Virus record (IMG/VR): IMGVR_UViG_2541047697_000005
Strand: one strand, 5' to 3'
Origin: a virus
Taxonomy: Duplodnaviria; Heunggongvirae; Uroviricota; Caudoviricetes
DNA length: 44,762 nt
Shown: one piece after another, positions 18,272 to 28,338 of the stretch
How positions within the stretch are numbered: the first letter of the stretch is position 1
Layout of the letters: every line of letters begins with the position of its first letter
Program-made: the position numbers and the translations under genes
The notes under the pieces: model-generated
The model's input: the letters and a program-made list of their open reading frames with translations, nothing else
What the model was told of the DNA's origin: nothing
The model's database searches: none

Positions 18272-18555
18272 TTCTTACCCCCTGCGACCAGCATTTCACG
18301 GATTTTGCGGATATAGCTTGCTGCACGTTTCTGATTTACGGCTTTACGATGGCCCACCAGCTTAAAATCACGCCGGAACTGATAAACAGGCATCACGCAG
18401 TCGTAGCTGTACCCATCACGGCGGTAAGTAACGCACCGTCCGGCAATACTTTTAATCGTTACCGTGCCGCCGTAGTTATCCCGGAAAATATCGCCGGGGC
18501 GGATTTCAGGCCGAGCGGGGCCGCTGGCAGTAAAGCCAGAAATTTTCTGTTTCAT
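18268..18555 (-). CDS. Hypothetical protein
   Basis: 95-aa ORF, stop overlaps primase start. Confidence 0.45.
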   Translation of the reverse strand: MKQKISGFTASGPARPEIRPGDIFRDNYGGTVTIKSIAGRCVTYRRDGYSYDCVMPVYQFRRDFKLVGHRKAVNQKRAASYIRKIREMLVAGGKK

Positions 18556-18560
18556 GGTTT

Positions 18561-18770
18561 TTATTCCTCTGCGCGGGTCTTGTTGTGTATTTCCATAACC
18601 GCGTTTAATTCATCAATAACCGGGGTTAACAGAGTGCTGAAAGCAGAAAATAAATCCCCCCCCTGTTCGGCATGAACTTCGGTTAATTTAATTAATACCG
18701 CTTTCATTTCCAGTGCCCGATTTAATGCATTCTCAGAATGAATAAGAACATCGAAAGGGATTTCATTCAT
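18561..18770 (-). CDS. Hypothetical protein
   Basis: 69-aa ORF in operon context. Confidence 0.4.
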   Translation of the reverse strand: MNEIPFDVLIHSENALNRALEMKAVLIKLTEVHAEQGGDLFSAFSTLLTPVIDELNAVMEIHNKTRAEE

Positions 18771-18996
18771 GGCTCACCACCTCCGGGAATTTTCTTCTGT
18801 AACGCGCCTCTGCAACATATTCCGCATAGTCCGACGCAATATTGAGAATATCGCTACCCGTTCCTGAATGTTCGGCGGTTTCCAGTAAAAAACATGCAGC
18901 TTTTACCATGTCAGCAACACATAACAGCGCAATATCTGTATCTTCCGGTGCGCCATCAAATTCCTGTTTCAGGGCATTAAAACGATCATCACGCAT
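18763..18996 (-). CDS. Hypothetical protein, possible downstream part of a gene split at a poly-G tract
   Basis: 77-aa ORF whose ATG sits 2 nt after a G12 run; one extra G fuses it with the ORF at 18969-19232. Confidence 0.4.
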   Translation of the reverse strand: MRDDRFNALKQEFDGAPEDTDIALLCVADMVKAACFLLETAEHSGTGSDILNIASDYAEYVAEARYRRKFPEVVSHE

Positions 18997-19232
18997 AACC
19001 CCCCCCCCCCATTTTCACAATCCGTAATCAGGATGGCTTTAGCCTCATTCAGCGCCATATCAGCGGTAAGCTGTGCGTAGGCCAGCGAATGGGGGATTAT
19101 TGCCCCTGTATATTCCGGCTCTCTGGTAATGTGTTTTTCTGCGGTTGCTGCCGTGCATGAAATATCAATCAGCGCGTGCATCAGCGTTCTGATAGCTTCG
19201 GCGGCTGCGTCCTGACGGGGGTTATTGCACAT
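18969..19232 (-). CDS. Hypothetical protein, possible upstream part of a gene split at a poly-G tract
   Basis: 87-aa ORF translating the G12 run as GGGG and ending 9 codons later. Confidence 0.4.
   Translation of the reverse strand: MCNNPRQDAAAEAIRTLMHALIDISCTAATAEKHITREPEYTGAIIPHSLAYAQLTADMALNEAKAILITDCENGGGGLCVMIVLMP
18999..19010. repeat. Homopolymer C12 (G12 on coding strand)
   Basis: 12 consecutive C on plus strand. Confidence 0.95.
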
Positions 19233-19488
19233 GGCGCACCTCCTGACGAATACGGGCGGCGAATACCATCACGCAGCCAGCCGGAGATTGCTGGCGTGCT
19301 TCCTGTTCGCTGGTGGCCTCGATGGTAATCACGCGCGGCTGTGCCGTGCTCAGGGCGATAAAACGCCAGATGTATTTATTCAGGTTGTGCGAGTCCCGCC
19401 CTTGCGGGTGTGTGGTATGATTTCTCATAGCTACCTCGATACGCTTTCTATCGTTGGTGGTTAGAAGCCCTGCGAGTGGTAACGACAC
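19222..19488 (-). CDS. Hypothetical protein (first gene of the element leftward operon)
   Basis: 88-aa ORF starting next to the divergent regulatory region. Confidence 0.4.
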   Translation of the reverse strand: MSLPLAGLLTTNDRKRIEVAMRNHTTHPQGRDSHNLNKYIWRFIALSTAQPRVITIEATSEQEARQQSPAGCVMVFAARIRQEVRHVQ

Positions 19489-19525
19489 TTGCGGGGCTTT
19501 GTCTTTTCATCGATTACCTTAACAA

Positions 19526-19608
19526 AGGTGTCAGCCACTATATTAGTAACAGGTGTCAGCCACGTCAATGGTGTTTTTCCGTTTTCTTGTGTGTATACTG
19601 TCAGCCAC
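19526..19608. promoter_or_regulatory. Divergent regulatory region with three direct repeats GTCAGCCAC and a TATACT -10 element
   Basis: GTCAGCCAC at 19530, 19555, 19600; first two extended as AGGTGTCAGCCAC; TATACT at 19594-19599 abuts the third repeat, 30 bp before the ATG at 19630. Confidence 0.5.
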
Positions 19609-19629
19609 CTAATAACGAGGGAATCCGAT

Positions 19630-19809
19630 ATGGCAACGAAAGCAGTTAATGGAAAATCCAAAAAACTTGAGGCTCGAGTACCCCACGCAATAGCTGACGC
19701 TGTAGAAAATTTAAAGGAAGAAGGCGAAAGCACAGGGCAATTTATCGTTTCGGCACTTGAAGGCGAGATCAAACGCCGCCAGCGTCGCAAGGCCAAAGAG
19801 CAGGAGTAA
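19630..19809 (+). CDS. Small ribbon-helix-helix-like DNA-binding protein, candidate regulator of the element
   Basis: 59 aa MATKAVNGKSKKLEARVPHAIADAVENLKEEGESTGQFIVSALEGEIKRRQRRKAKEQE; ACGAGGGA RBS; downstream of operator repeats. Confidence 0.5.
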   Translation: MATKAVNGKSKKLEARVPHAIADAVENLKEEGESTGQFIVSALEGEIKRRQRRKAKEQE

Positions 19810-19866
19810 CCATCACCAGCGCCGTGGTGCGGTGAACTGTGGCGCACAGGGCTACAGGTATCTACG

Positions 19867-20064
19867 ATGACTGACAAATCATTAAAGAAATTATCTTCAT
19901 CCAGGAAAAAACAACGCAAAAACGCGGTAAGCGAACAAGAACAGGAGAGATTCGCGCCATGTGCGTTTGTCCTTGAGAAGTTCTTAAAAGAGTACAGGCG
20001 CACAAAAATGGGGCTATATACCTGGAAAACATCGCAGCATGGCGATGCTAAAGAGCAGGAATAG
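19867..20064 (+). CDS. Hypothetical small basic protein
   Basis: 65-aa ORF following the RHH gene; weak RBS. Confidence 0.3.
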   Translation: MTDKSLKKLSSSRKKQRKNAVSEQEQERFAPCAFVLEKFLKEYRRTKMGLYTWKTSQHGDAKEQE

Positions 20065-20291
20065 CCCACCAGCAAGCCAGCACACTGATCACATTGCCAA
20101 CCGGATGTAATCACGGCATAGTAATCAGCGCTCATGCGTTGGGGATAACGTGTAGCTTGTGTCGAATGGCCACCGTAGCAGGTGGCCTTTGTTTTGCCTG
20201 TTATCCGGCAATTGTGGCGCTTCTCCACACGGTTGATATAATCCCCCTGCACAGATTCATTTTTTGCGCAGTAGGTTAATTGTTCGCAAGG

Positions 20292-20322
20292 GCGCTCCGG
20301 CAACGGGGCGCTTTTTGTTTTT
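20292..20322 (+). terminator. Rho-independent terminator
   Basis: GCGCTCCGGCAACGGGGCGC hairpin followed by TTTTTGTTTTT. Confidence 0.55.
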
Positions 20323-20480
20323 ACCCACCAGCACAATAAAAATCCTCTTTTCCCATTTTTGTAAAATTTCATGCTTTCCGGACGACTGGCCATATATCTT
20401 TTTTAGCAGAAGATTTTGCCTTGCTGGTTGGTAGCTTCCCGGTCCAACACGATGTACCGTATAATCAGCACTGCGAGTGG

Positions 20481-21059
20481 TTACTGAATACGCTCACCAA
20501 AGTAAAACTCAGGCTGATATTCACGTATCAGCCTTTTTTCTTCTTCCTCCAGCTCACGCTTTTTGCGCTTACAGGCCTGTAGCTCCCTCCCCTTCTCGCT
20601 GGCACTTATCTGATATTGCTCTTTACGGCGAGAAAAATCCTGTAATGCGCCCCACGGGATACCATAAGCCCCCGTTTTTCTGATACCCGGTATCACATTT
20701 CTGAATACCCAGTTACTGAAACGATGAGCAAATGTGCCAGGCGTCGTTGCTTTGCGGCTGCGGGCTATTAGTTTGTAGAAACCTGACTCAGAGATAATGC
20801 TCATATTCTGATTTCCTCCTGGGGTGTAAGTTAAATTTACTCCCTTTTCATCATCATCAAGCATCTGCAACGCCGTACGCGAATTGGTTAGTTCCAGCGC
20901 AGCACAAACATCTTTTGCAACAAACCACGGATCGCCGTTCAGATACACCACACGAACATCCACGCCATCAAAGCGCAGAACGACAAGATCACGAATATCG
21001 CAGAATTTTTTTACTGAACGAGCGTACCCCTTGCCCGTCACGGCAATATTTTTATTCAT
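20481..21059 (-). CDS. Bro-N domain protein (antirepressor-like)
   Basis: N-terminus LVVLRFDGVDVRVVYLNGDPWFVAKDVCAALELTNSRTALQMLDDDEKG matches the Bro-N pattern. Confidence 0.7.
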   Translation of the reverse strand: MNKNIAVTGKGYARSVKKFCDIRDLVVLRFDGVDVRVVYLNGDPWFVAKDVCAALELTNSRTALQMLDDDEKGVNLTYTPGGNQNMSIISESGFYKLIARSRKATTPGTFAHRFSNWVFRNVIPGIRKTGAYGIPWGALQDFSRRKEQYQISASEKGRELQACKRKKRELEEEEKRLIREYQPEFYFGERIQ

Positions 21060-21117
21060 CGTTTTTTACCTCACATACAAAAAACCCCGCATTGCGTGCG
21101 GGGTATGAAAGATATTA

Positions 21118-21321
21118 TTAGTGGGGATTGGCCTGTTCTCGTTGTTTATCTAACCATGCCTCTACATCTCTACGGTGCCAGGTATGCCGCCGCCCAATTC
21201 TGAACGGTTGAGGAAAACCATTATTTTCATCTTTCCAGAAATTGATGAATGCGCTCATTGCCCCATAGCGCAAAATTTTCATTACGTCTTTAGTAAATAA
21301 AATATCTTCATTGGTATTCAT
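21118..21321 (-). CDS. alpA: AlpA-family transcriptional regulator/excisionase
   Basis: 67 aa; MKILRYGAMSAFINFWKDENNGFPQPFRIGRRHTWHRRDVEAWL resembles AlpA; adjacent to integrase. Confidence 0.75.
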   Translation of the reverse strand: MNTNEDILFTKDVMKILRYGAMSAFINFWKDENNGFPQPFRIGRRHTWHRRDVEAWLDKQREQANPH

Positions 21322-21333
21322 TTGCTGAACTCC

Positions 21334-22572
21334 TCAACCATTTACTATTCTCAAACCTTTCTTACCACAGGATCTATTAATTACCCCTTTTCTCGCCTCA
21401 TCAAAAAAATCGCCTACCCATTGCATCATAATTTTGCGTTGTTCTAAATAAGTAGTTCTATTATAAATATCTCTTATTTTATCACCACTTTTATGTGCTA
21501 ATGCAGCCTCAATAACATCAGGGTTAAAACCCTCCTCATTTAAAAGCGTACTCCACATCGAACGAAAACCATGTAACGTTACAATCCCTTTGAACTTGCT
21601 GGCAGCAATTGGAGTATTGATAGTATTCCTCCCCATAGGCGCGTCTTTGGTTCTGGATGAATAGAATACATAACGCCCTCTTTTAATTTCCTGCATTGTT
21701 CTGAGGATGCTAATGGCCTGTGATGACAGGGGCACAACATGTTCACGATGGCATTTCATTTTATGCTCAGGGATAACCCACAGACCAGCATCAAAATCTA
21801 TCTCTGCCCACTCTGCCTGGATCGCCTCTCCAGGCCTGACCATTGTCAATATCTGGAATAAAAGCGCATTGTGAGCTATTTGATACTTATGAGGCACACT
21901 ATCCCACCAACTCAGAAATTCAGGTAATTTTTCTATAGGTAACGCTGCTAATAATTTATTTTTCTTTCCAGTGAATGCTGTCTTTATTTTAAGCAATGGA
22001 TTTATTTTCAATGCACCACAATTTACAGCGTAATTCATAATTTCATTTAATCTTGATATTAATTTTTTTTGCAGCGCGTTTTTATCAGATACGGCATCCA
22101 GTGCCTTAATTGCTAATGGTGCTGTAATTTTATCTATGCTGTATTTACCAAAGAAAGGAACAAGATACTTATATACTTCATATTCGATATTATACAACGT
22201 AGGTTTCCTCAACTCCGATCCTTTTTTAAAAGCGAACCATGCATTAGCAACGACTTCAAATGTCTGTAGATTTTTTAGCGCCATCTCAATTTTACGATTT
22301 TTCTTCTCTGTCACTGGATCAACTCCACGTGCAATCATTCGCCGAAGTTCATCACGTACTTCCCGTGCTTCCGCGAGTGAGAATTCAGGAAAACGCCCTA
22401 TCGTGTATGTCTGCCGTTTCTTCGTTATCGGATGGCTATAACGGAAACGCCACACTTTCCCACCAGCTTTACTCACATTCAGCAATAAACCGAACCCATC
22501 ATAAACGGCATAGTCCTTTTCACGTGGTTTCATTCCCTTAACTTCAGTCACGGTTAATGGCTTTACCGGCAT
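21334..22572 (-). CDS. Tyrosine integrase (P4 / CP4-57 IntA type) of the element
   Basis: 412 aa with P4-int-like N-terminus (GKVWRFRYSHPITKKRQTYTIGRFPEFSLAEAREVRDELRR) and C-terminal catalytic region (HGFRSMWSTLL...); AT-rich; next to the junction. Confidence 0.8.
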   Translation of the reverse strand: MPVKPLTVTEVKGMKPREKDYAVYDGFGLLLNVSKAGGKVWRFRYSHPITKKRQTYTIGRFPEFSLAEAREVRDELRRMIARGVDPVTEKKNRKIEMALKNLQTFEVVANAWFAFKKGSELRKPTLYNIEYEVYKYLVPFFGKYSIDKITAPLAIKALDAVSDKNALQKKLISRLNEIMNYAVNCGALKINPLLKIKTAFTGKKNKLLAALPIEKLPEFLSWWDSVPHKYQIAHNALLFQILTMVRPGEAIQAEWAEIDFDAGLWVIPEHKMKCHREHVVPLSSQAISILRTMQEIKRGRYVFYSSRTKDAPMGRNTINTPIAASKFKGIVTLHGFRSMWSTLLNEEGFNPDVIEAALAHKSGDKIRDIYNRTTYLEQRKIMMQWVGDFFDEARKGVINRSCGKKGLRIVNG

Positions 22573-22733
22573 CTATCGCCCTCATTTTTTAGTCCGTCAT
22601 GTAGTCCTTTCAAGTCGATAACAAGCGATAAACTAACTCATTATCAAGTAAAGAGAGGAAACACCAAAAATCACAACTCATTGAAAAGACTACAAAACGA
22701 CACCAGAACATAAAAACAGGTAAGAAATGTACC

Positions 22734-23726
22734 CTACATCCAGAAACTGGCGATACGGGAGCGGCGCGGTTCACCGGAAACGTTGCCGTTACGATCAATG
22801 ACCTGACCTTCACGCAACCAGACTCCTGCACTATTGAGCTCACGCTTTTTCTCCGCAGTGATAATGCCGCTGCAGTGCGGGCAAAGTAGATACGCCGCCT
22901 CACTGGCTTTAAAGGGATCCGGTTCATTACGGTAGCCGGTCATGGCATCCATAGCTGGCTGAAAATATTCACCGCAGTGCGGACATGGCCAGTACCAGCG
23001 GCGGCGGTCACCACGATTGTAAAGGGAAAGAATACCAGTCGTCGGTGGCGCTTCATGAGGCGACTTACGTCGCCATTTGCTGTCGCAGATGTCACGTCCC
23101 GGCGAGCTCTCCACCAGAGTCATCCCGGCGGACATAAATGTGGTGGTACGTTTTGAGGCCAGGGAGAAACCATCACCCTCGCTGTCGATATTCTCCGGAA
23201 AACGGTCGTAATCGGTTAAGGCGACAAACCGGTAATCCGACGACGACATAATGTTGACCGAGGGCCAACCAATTTTAAGGAACGAGCCATCCCTGAACGT
23301 CTTATCATGGACATTATTGTCGTTACGACGTGGACTCATTCTTTTCTTTACCGCCGCACTGCTTCTGAACGTTCTGTCGAGGCGCTTTTTAGAATGCTCG
23401 CGGGCCTTATCTTCGGTCATCTGCACAACGAGCATGTCCGAAGGATCGCAAACGATGGTATAGACAATCCATCCATCGATCAGACCAATGGTCTTCCCTG
23501 TTCGCGCAGGACCAACAAAAATCACCGCATCGTATTCACGCGATGCCAGGCAGTTCATGGGCTCAATGATGTAGGGTGTCAGTTCAGGATCCCATGGCAC
23601 CGAGTTACCAGCCCCCTTGGGAACACGCATGAATTTTTTAACAGCCTCCGAAATCGGCATGCGACGTGGTGGGGAAAATCCTGCCGATATGTCCCTTCCC
23701 AAATTTCGGGCTGATGAAAAACCCAT
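22734..23726 (-). CDS. Terminase large subunit, N-terminal (ATPase) half; gene interrupted by the integrated element
   Basis: 330 aa with FVGPARTGKT P-loop, WPCPHCGEYF and LLCPHCSGII motifs paralleling lambda gpA; ends ...RIASFWM followed by stop in element-derived sequence. Confidence 0.8.
   Translation of the reverse strand: MGFSSARNLGRDISAGFSPPRRMPISEAVKKFMRVPKGAGNSVPWDPELTPYIIEPMNCLASREYDAVIFVGPARTGKTIGLIDGWIVYTIVCDPSDMLVVQMTEDKAREHSKKRLDRTFRSSAAVKKRMSPRRNDNNVHDKTFRDGSFLKIGWPSVNIMSSSDYRFVALTDYDRFPENIDSEGDGFSLASKRTTTFMSAGMTLVESSPGRDICDSKWRRKSPHEAPPTTGILSLYNRGDRRRWYWPCPHCGEYFQPAMDAMTGYRNEPDPFKASEAAYLLCPHCSGIITAEKKRELNSAGVWLREGQVIDRNGNVSGEPRRSRIASFWM
22737..22743. repeat. Right junction core CATCCAG (att core copy 2)
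   Basis: Identical 7-mer to 12013-12019; terL N-half reading frame terminates (TAG) 1 codon into element DNA. Confidence 0.6.
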
Positions 23727-23734
23727 TATTCCTC

Positions 23735-24274
23735 CTAGAGACTCTCTCCTTCCTCATCAGGAATTAATTCAGCAGCACAAGCCTCGTAGGATTTTTCCTG
23801 AAGAGTGTATCGCAGGTCATCAATGGCCTGCTGTACAACGCCGACGGCCTGAGGAGTCAGGGCGCAATCGCGTTCAAGAACATCCGGAATTGTCTCCAGA
23901 ACCTGGACGACAGCCTTTCTCATGGACGAATAGACGATGACTACTTCATCAACTGGGATGAGTTTTCGCTGCTCCTTTTCCAGCTTGATCCTTTCATTTT
24001 CAGACTGGTACCAGTCCTTTCTCTCTTTCGGCTCCATACGGGATGGATCATGAACAGAGTCTGCTGCCTCATGCTTCACACTAAACAGGGCGGGCCCGAC
24101 ATGCTGCAGGGCGTAAACGGGGTTCCCCCTGACAGTCGCAGCCACAGGAGTGTTGGCCGCGAGGAGCCGTTTTTTTACTGTGTCCCGGTGAAGCCCAAAG
24201 GCCTCGGCGATTTTAAAAACACTCCAGTAATAAGCATCACCGATCCCGCTCACATTTGACATAAGCAACTCCAT
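23735..24274 (-). CDS. Small terminase subunit (Nu1-like) of the helper prophage
   Basis: 179 aa, N-terminal HTH-like region, immediately upstream of terL and downstream of cos. Confidence 0.75.
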   Translation of the reverse strand: MELLMSNVSGIGDAYYWSVFKIAEAFGLHRDTVKKRLLAANTPVAATVRGNPVYALQHVGPALFSVKHEAADSVHDPSRMEPKERKDWYQSENERIKLEKEQRKLIPVDEVVIVYSSMRKAVVQVLETIPDVLERDCALTPQAVGVVQQAIDDLRYTLQEKSYEACAAELIPDEEGESL

Positions 24275-24488
24275 CTGGCAGGTGAAAATCAGGTTTATTT
24301 ATATATTTCAATTAATTGCAAACTGGTCTAATGACAGGGAGAAAAAAATATTGTACAGGTGAAAAGAGAAATAACTTTTAATTATCAATAAATTACCAAA
24401 CATGCTGCCGCCGCCATGGAAATGCAAAAACTAGTCTTTTTCCGCGACGCTCCCGCCCCGTGGCAGGGGCCCCCACCGGGAGGACCCG
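24275..24488 (-). repeat. cos-like site copy 3 (helper prophage cos, upstream of terS)
   Basis: Minus strand contains CCACGGGGCGGGAGCGTCGCGGAAAAAG plus AT-rich segment, located between lysis-side genes and terS as in lambda. Confidence 0.7.
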
Positions 24489-24818
24489 ACAGCCTGACAG
24501 CCGTGACGAGCATCTGATACAGCGCTTTACATAATGGCATAGGAATAATTCAGAAGGACATCACAGCATGCCCACACAAATTAGTGTGAGTGTCCTGTTT
24601 CTTCCTACGCACAGGACTGACGAGCATGAGGGGAAAATACGCGAACCATAAATGCCTCATCTTCAGCAATGCAGCCGAACAGGACGATATTGTAAATTCA
24701 CCTAATTACGAGGACATTGCAGTAGTTGAATTGCAGCTCTGTATTAGCCTGCAGTGACAGAATGCGATATTGACTCTGTCACAGGTGAAATAGTTTGAAT
24801 GATTAGCAGTTATGGTGC

Positions 24819-25025
24819 TCAGTCAACCACCAGGGAATAATCCTTCGAATTCTTATCGTGCTTCACCAACGCTGCCTCAATTGCCCTGAATGCTTCCAGA
24901 GACACCTGATGTTCTATACATGCAATTACAACATCCGGGTAACTCATAGAAATGGTGCTATTAAGCATATTTTTTACACGAATCAGATCCAACGAGAGTT
25001 CATCAGCAGATTGTTCTTTATTCAT
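24819..25025 (-). CDS. Hypothetical protein
   Basis: 68-aa ORF between lysis-side genes and cos. Confidence 0.4.
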   Translation of the reverse strand: MNKEQSADELSLDLIRVKNMLNSTISMSYPDVVIACIEHQVSLEAFRAIEAALVKHDKNSKDYSLVVD

Positions 25026-25325
25026 TTTGTCGCTCCATGCGTTTGCTCGTCATCTAGCGGTTAAAATATTACTTCAAATCTTTCTGCATAAAAGAGGAAA
25101 AGTATGAAAGTTTGAGTACATCGACCTTACATACATCTGTCGGTTGCATATCCCTCCTGGATGCCAGCAAGGCTCAACTTTGTTACGCAACCAACACTAT
25201 TTATTGAAAACAGGCTTAATATTTGACATAAATCATCAACAAAACACAAAGAGGTCAGACCAGATTGAAACAATAAACACGATAATGCAAACTACGCGTC
25301 ATCGTATCACATGGAAGGTTTACCA

Positions 25326-25736
25326 ATGGCTCAGGCTGCCATTTTTAAAGAAATATTCGATCAAGTGCGTAAAGATTTAAACTGTGAATTATTTTATTCT
25401 GAGCTAAAACGTCACAATGTCTCACTTTATATTTACTATTTAGCCACAGATAATATTCACATTGTGTTAGAAAACGACAACATAGTGTTAGTAAAAGGAC
25501 TCAAAAAGGTTGTAAATGTTAAATTCTCCAGAAACAAACATCTTATAGAGACCTCCTATAATAAGTTGAAATCAAAAGAAATCACATTTCAACAATACAG
25601 GGAAAATCTTGCTAAAGCAGGAGTTTTCCGATGGGTTACAAATATCCATGAACACCAAAGATATTACTATACCTTTGATAACTCATTACTATTTACTGAA
25701 AGCATCCAGAAAACTACACAAATCTTACCACGCTAA
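25326..25736 (+). CDS. ydfO: DUF1398-family protein YdfO-like
   Basis: [51 protein letters not shown]... matches E. coli Qin YdfO as I recall it. Confidence 0.7.
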   Translation: MAQAAIFKEIFDQVRKDLNCELFYSELKRHNVSLYIYYLATDNIHIVLENDNIVLVKGLKKVVNVKFSRNKHLIETSYNKLKSKEITFQQYRENLAKAGVFRWVTNIHEHQRYYYTFDNSLLFTESIQKTTQILPR

Positions 25737-25887
25737 ACCATAACGTCCGGCTTCTCTCACTCCTGAGCCGGACTGCATTGGTTTAATAAAAACCATCAAC
25801 AATTGTGATTTAGATATTCGGAACCATTCAAATATAACAAAACCCCGTAAAAACGAGGTTTATGGATAAATTTTATTATTGAATACA

Positions 25888-26064
25888 TCAGATTAAATTA
25901 ATCTTGACATCATAGCTTTCAAGACCCGTCATTTTTTCCCGTGCGGTAAACTGAATACTGGTAACTTCTTTCCCGGTCTTTTTCTTAAGTTCAATAATTT
26001 TTTTTGTTATATATTCAGAAATATCTGCTTCTGCTTTTGTTTTTAAGTCTTCAATATTCATCAT
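25888..26064 (-). CDS. gnsB: GnsA/GnsB-family small protein
   Basis: Hand translation MMNIEDLKTKAEADISEYITKKIIELKKKTGKEVTSIQFTAREKMTGLESYDVKINLI; GAGGAAA RBS; below ORF-track size cutoff. Confidence 0.7.
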   Translation of the reverse strand: MMNIEDLKTKAEADISEYITKKIIELKKKTGKEVTSIQFTAREKMTGLESYDVKINLI

Positions 26065-26233
26065 TTCCTCTTTTAGTCTGTTATGACTTTCCAGTTACAC
26101 TGGTAAGTCGATTATATGGTGCAAACGTGTAAAAGATAAGATGAAACATCGCAATAATCAACATACGATAGTCTAAATTTTACACAAACAGACAAAGAGA
26201 ATTTTCCTGAATTATCAATGCAATAGCATCAAA

Positions 26234-26464
26234 TCAACTCAAGAGCCTTATTGCTGCTTCCAGAATTTCTTCTGAAGTAACATGCCGATCCGCGGCTACA
26301 TAAATGACTTTATGATCTCCGGTCAGAGATGGAAACCCTGCGGCCATTACAGTAAGGTGTGTTTTTTCGCCATTTGGATATTCACGCATGATGGTGTTAA
26401 CTCCAGTCATCGCTGGCACTACCACTGCTGGTTCAGAGTTAAAAAAAACTATGATTTTTTTCAT
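26234..26464 (-). CDS. Hypothetical protein (YnfN-like?)
   Basis: Start at ATG 26464 (MKKIIVFFNSEPAVVVPAMTG...); position as in Qin. Confidence 0.5.
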   Translation of the reverse strand: MKKIIVFFNSEPAVVVPAMTGVNTIMREYPNGEKTHLTVMAAGFPSLTGDHKVIYVAADRHVTSEEILEAAIRLLS

Positions 26465-26735
26465 GATGTTACCGTAGTATGTGAGTATCCATCGAATAGA
26501 CACCAAGCAAAAAAGCTCCCGAAGGAGCCTTCATTTTCACTTTTTTAAATCCAACGACAGACGGCTGGCATTTAAGTATTGTGAAATATTATCAAATGTA
26601 ATCATCATTGATTTACAAAAGATACATTTTGCCCCGAAAGGATTCATGTCAGAAACATCAAAAGATGATGTTCTATACTGGGAACCATGACAACACGGGC
26701 ATCTAAAGTGAATATGGTTTGTAATATTGTCTACC

Positions 26736-26948
26736 TCAAAGCGCCACTACATGAACAGCGGCAGGACCTTTAGGTCCGTTCTCAATACCAAATTCAACTT
26801 CCTGATTCTCAGTTAATGTTTTGAAATCGTTGCTCTGAATTGCTGAGAAATGGACAAACACATCTTTGCTGCCATCTTTCGGCGTGATGAAACCAAAACC
26901 TTTTTCAGGGTTAAACCATTTCACTAAACCAGTCATTTTGTTAGACAT
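26736..26948 (-). CDS. cspI: Cold-shock protein CspI-like
   Basis: [53 protein letters not shown]...: cold-shock domain with RNP motifs; long 5' leader. Confidence 0.85.
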   Translation of the reverse strand: MSNKMTGLVKWFNPEKGFGFITPKDGSKDVFVHFSAIQSNDFKTLTENQEVEFGIENGPKGPAAVHVVAL

Positions 26949-27316
26949 AATTATTACCTTTTGAAGAAATTAGCCCTTGGGCAGAATGGTCCGAAAAAAA
27001 ATATCAGAGAGAAAAACCAACAAGGAAATCTCAAGAGGTACAAATAATAAAATTATAACAATGACTGCTTCAGATAAATTTGTAACAAACCAGAACACCA
27101 TTAACGCATGATTAACCACCCATAGCAAGGATTACTTTTGTAAAGAAAAACACAGCAATGAAAGAATAGCTTTATTTATTAATAAAACGTGTCATTCTGA
27201 TTAAGACCTTTTATCTTACCCTTAAGATTTCAGGAATTTTGACTCATGGAAGAGTCCTTTTTATTTAAATTTTACATTCAGCGATGTAAATGTTCCGATT
27301 TAATATTACCCTACAT

Positions 27317-28334
<1,018 letters not shown>

Positions 28335-28338
<4 letters not shown>

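Larger units (their letters stand above)
12016..22736 (-). mobile_element. Integrative phage-satellite/PICI-like element inserted in terL
   Basis: Bounded by 7-bp direct repeat; integrase and AlpA at one end; primase-helicase plus iterons, SSB, TerS, capsid and cos sites; interrupts an otherwise colinear terL. Confidence 0.75.

Noticed and set aside
19461-20393. 310-aa minus-strand ORF, the longest unassigned ORF in the element
   Set aside because: Cysteine- and serine-rich low-complexity translation; spans the operator region and lies antisense to two plus-strand genes and a terminator; looks like a chance open frame.
22573-22733. Minus-strand ORFs overlapping the junction (22610-22927) and plus-strand ORFs inside the terL N-half (23251-23940)
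   Set aside because: They overlap the well-supported terL N-terminal coding region or the non-coding att arm region and have no coding signal of their own.
24500-24818. Several short hairpins upstream of cos copy 3 (e.g. CACACaaattaGTGTG, TGACAGA...TCTGTCA)
   Set aside because: Could be terminase or IHF-related sites or a terminator, but I cannot distinguish them from chance inverted repeats by eye.
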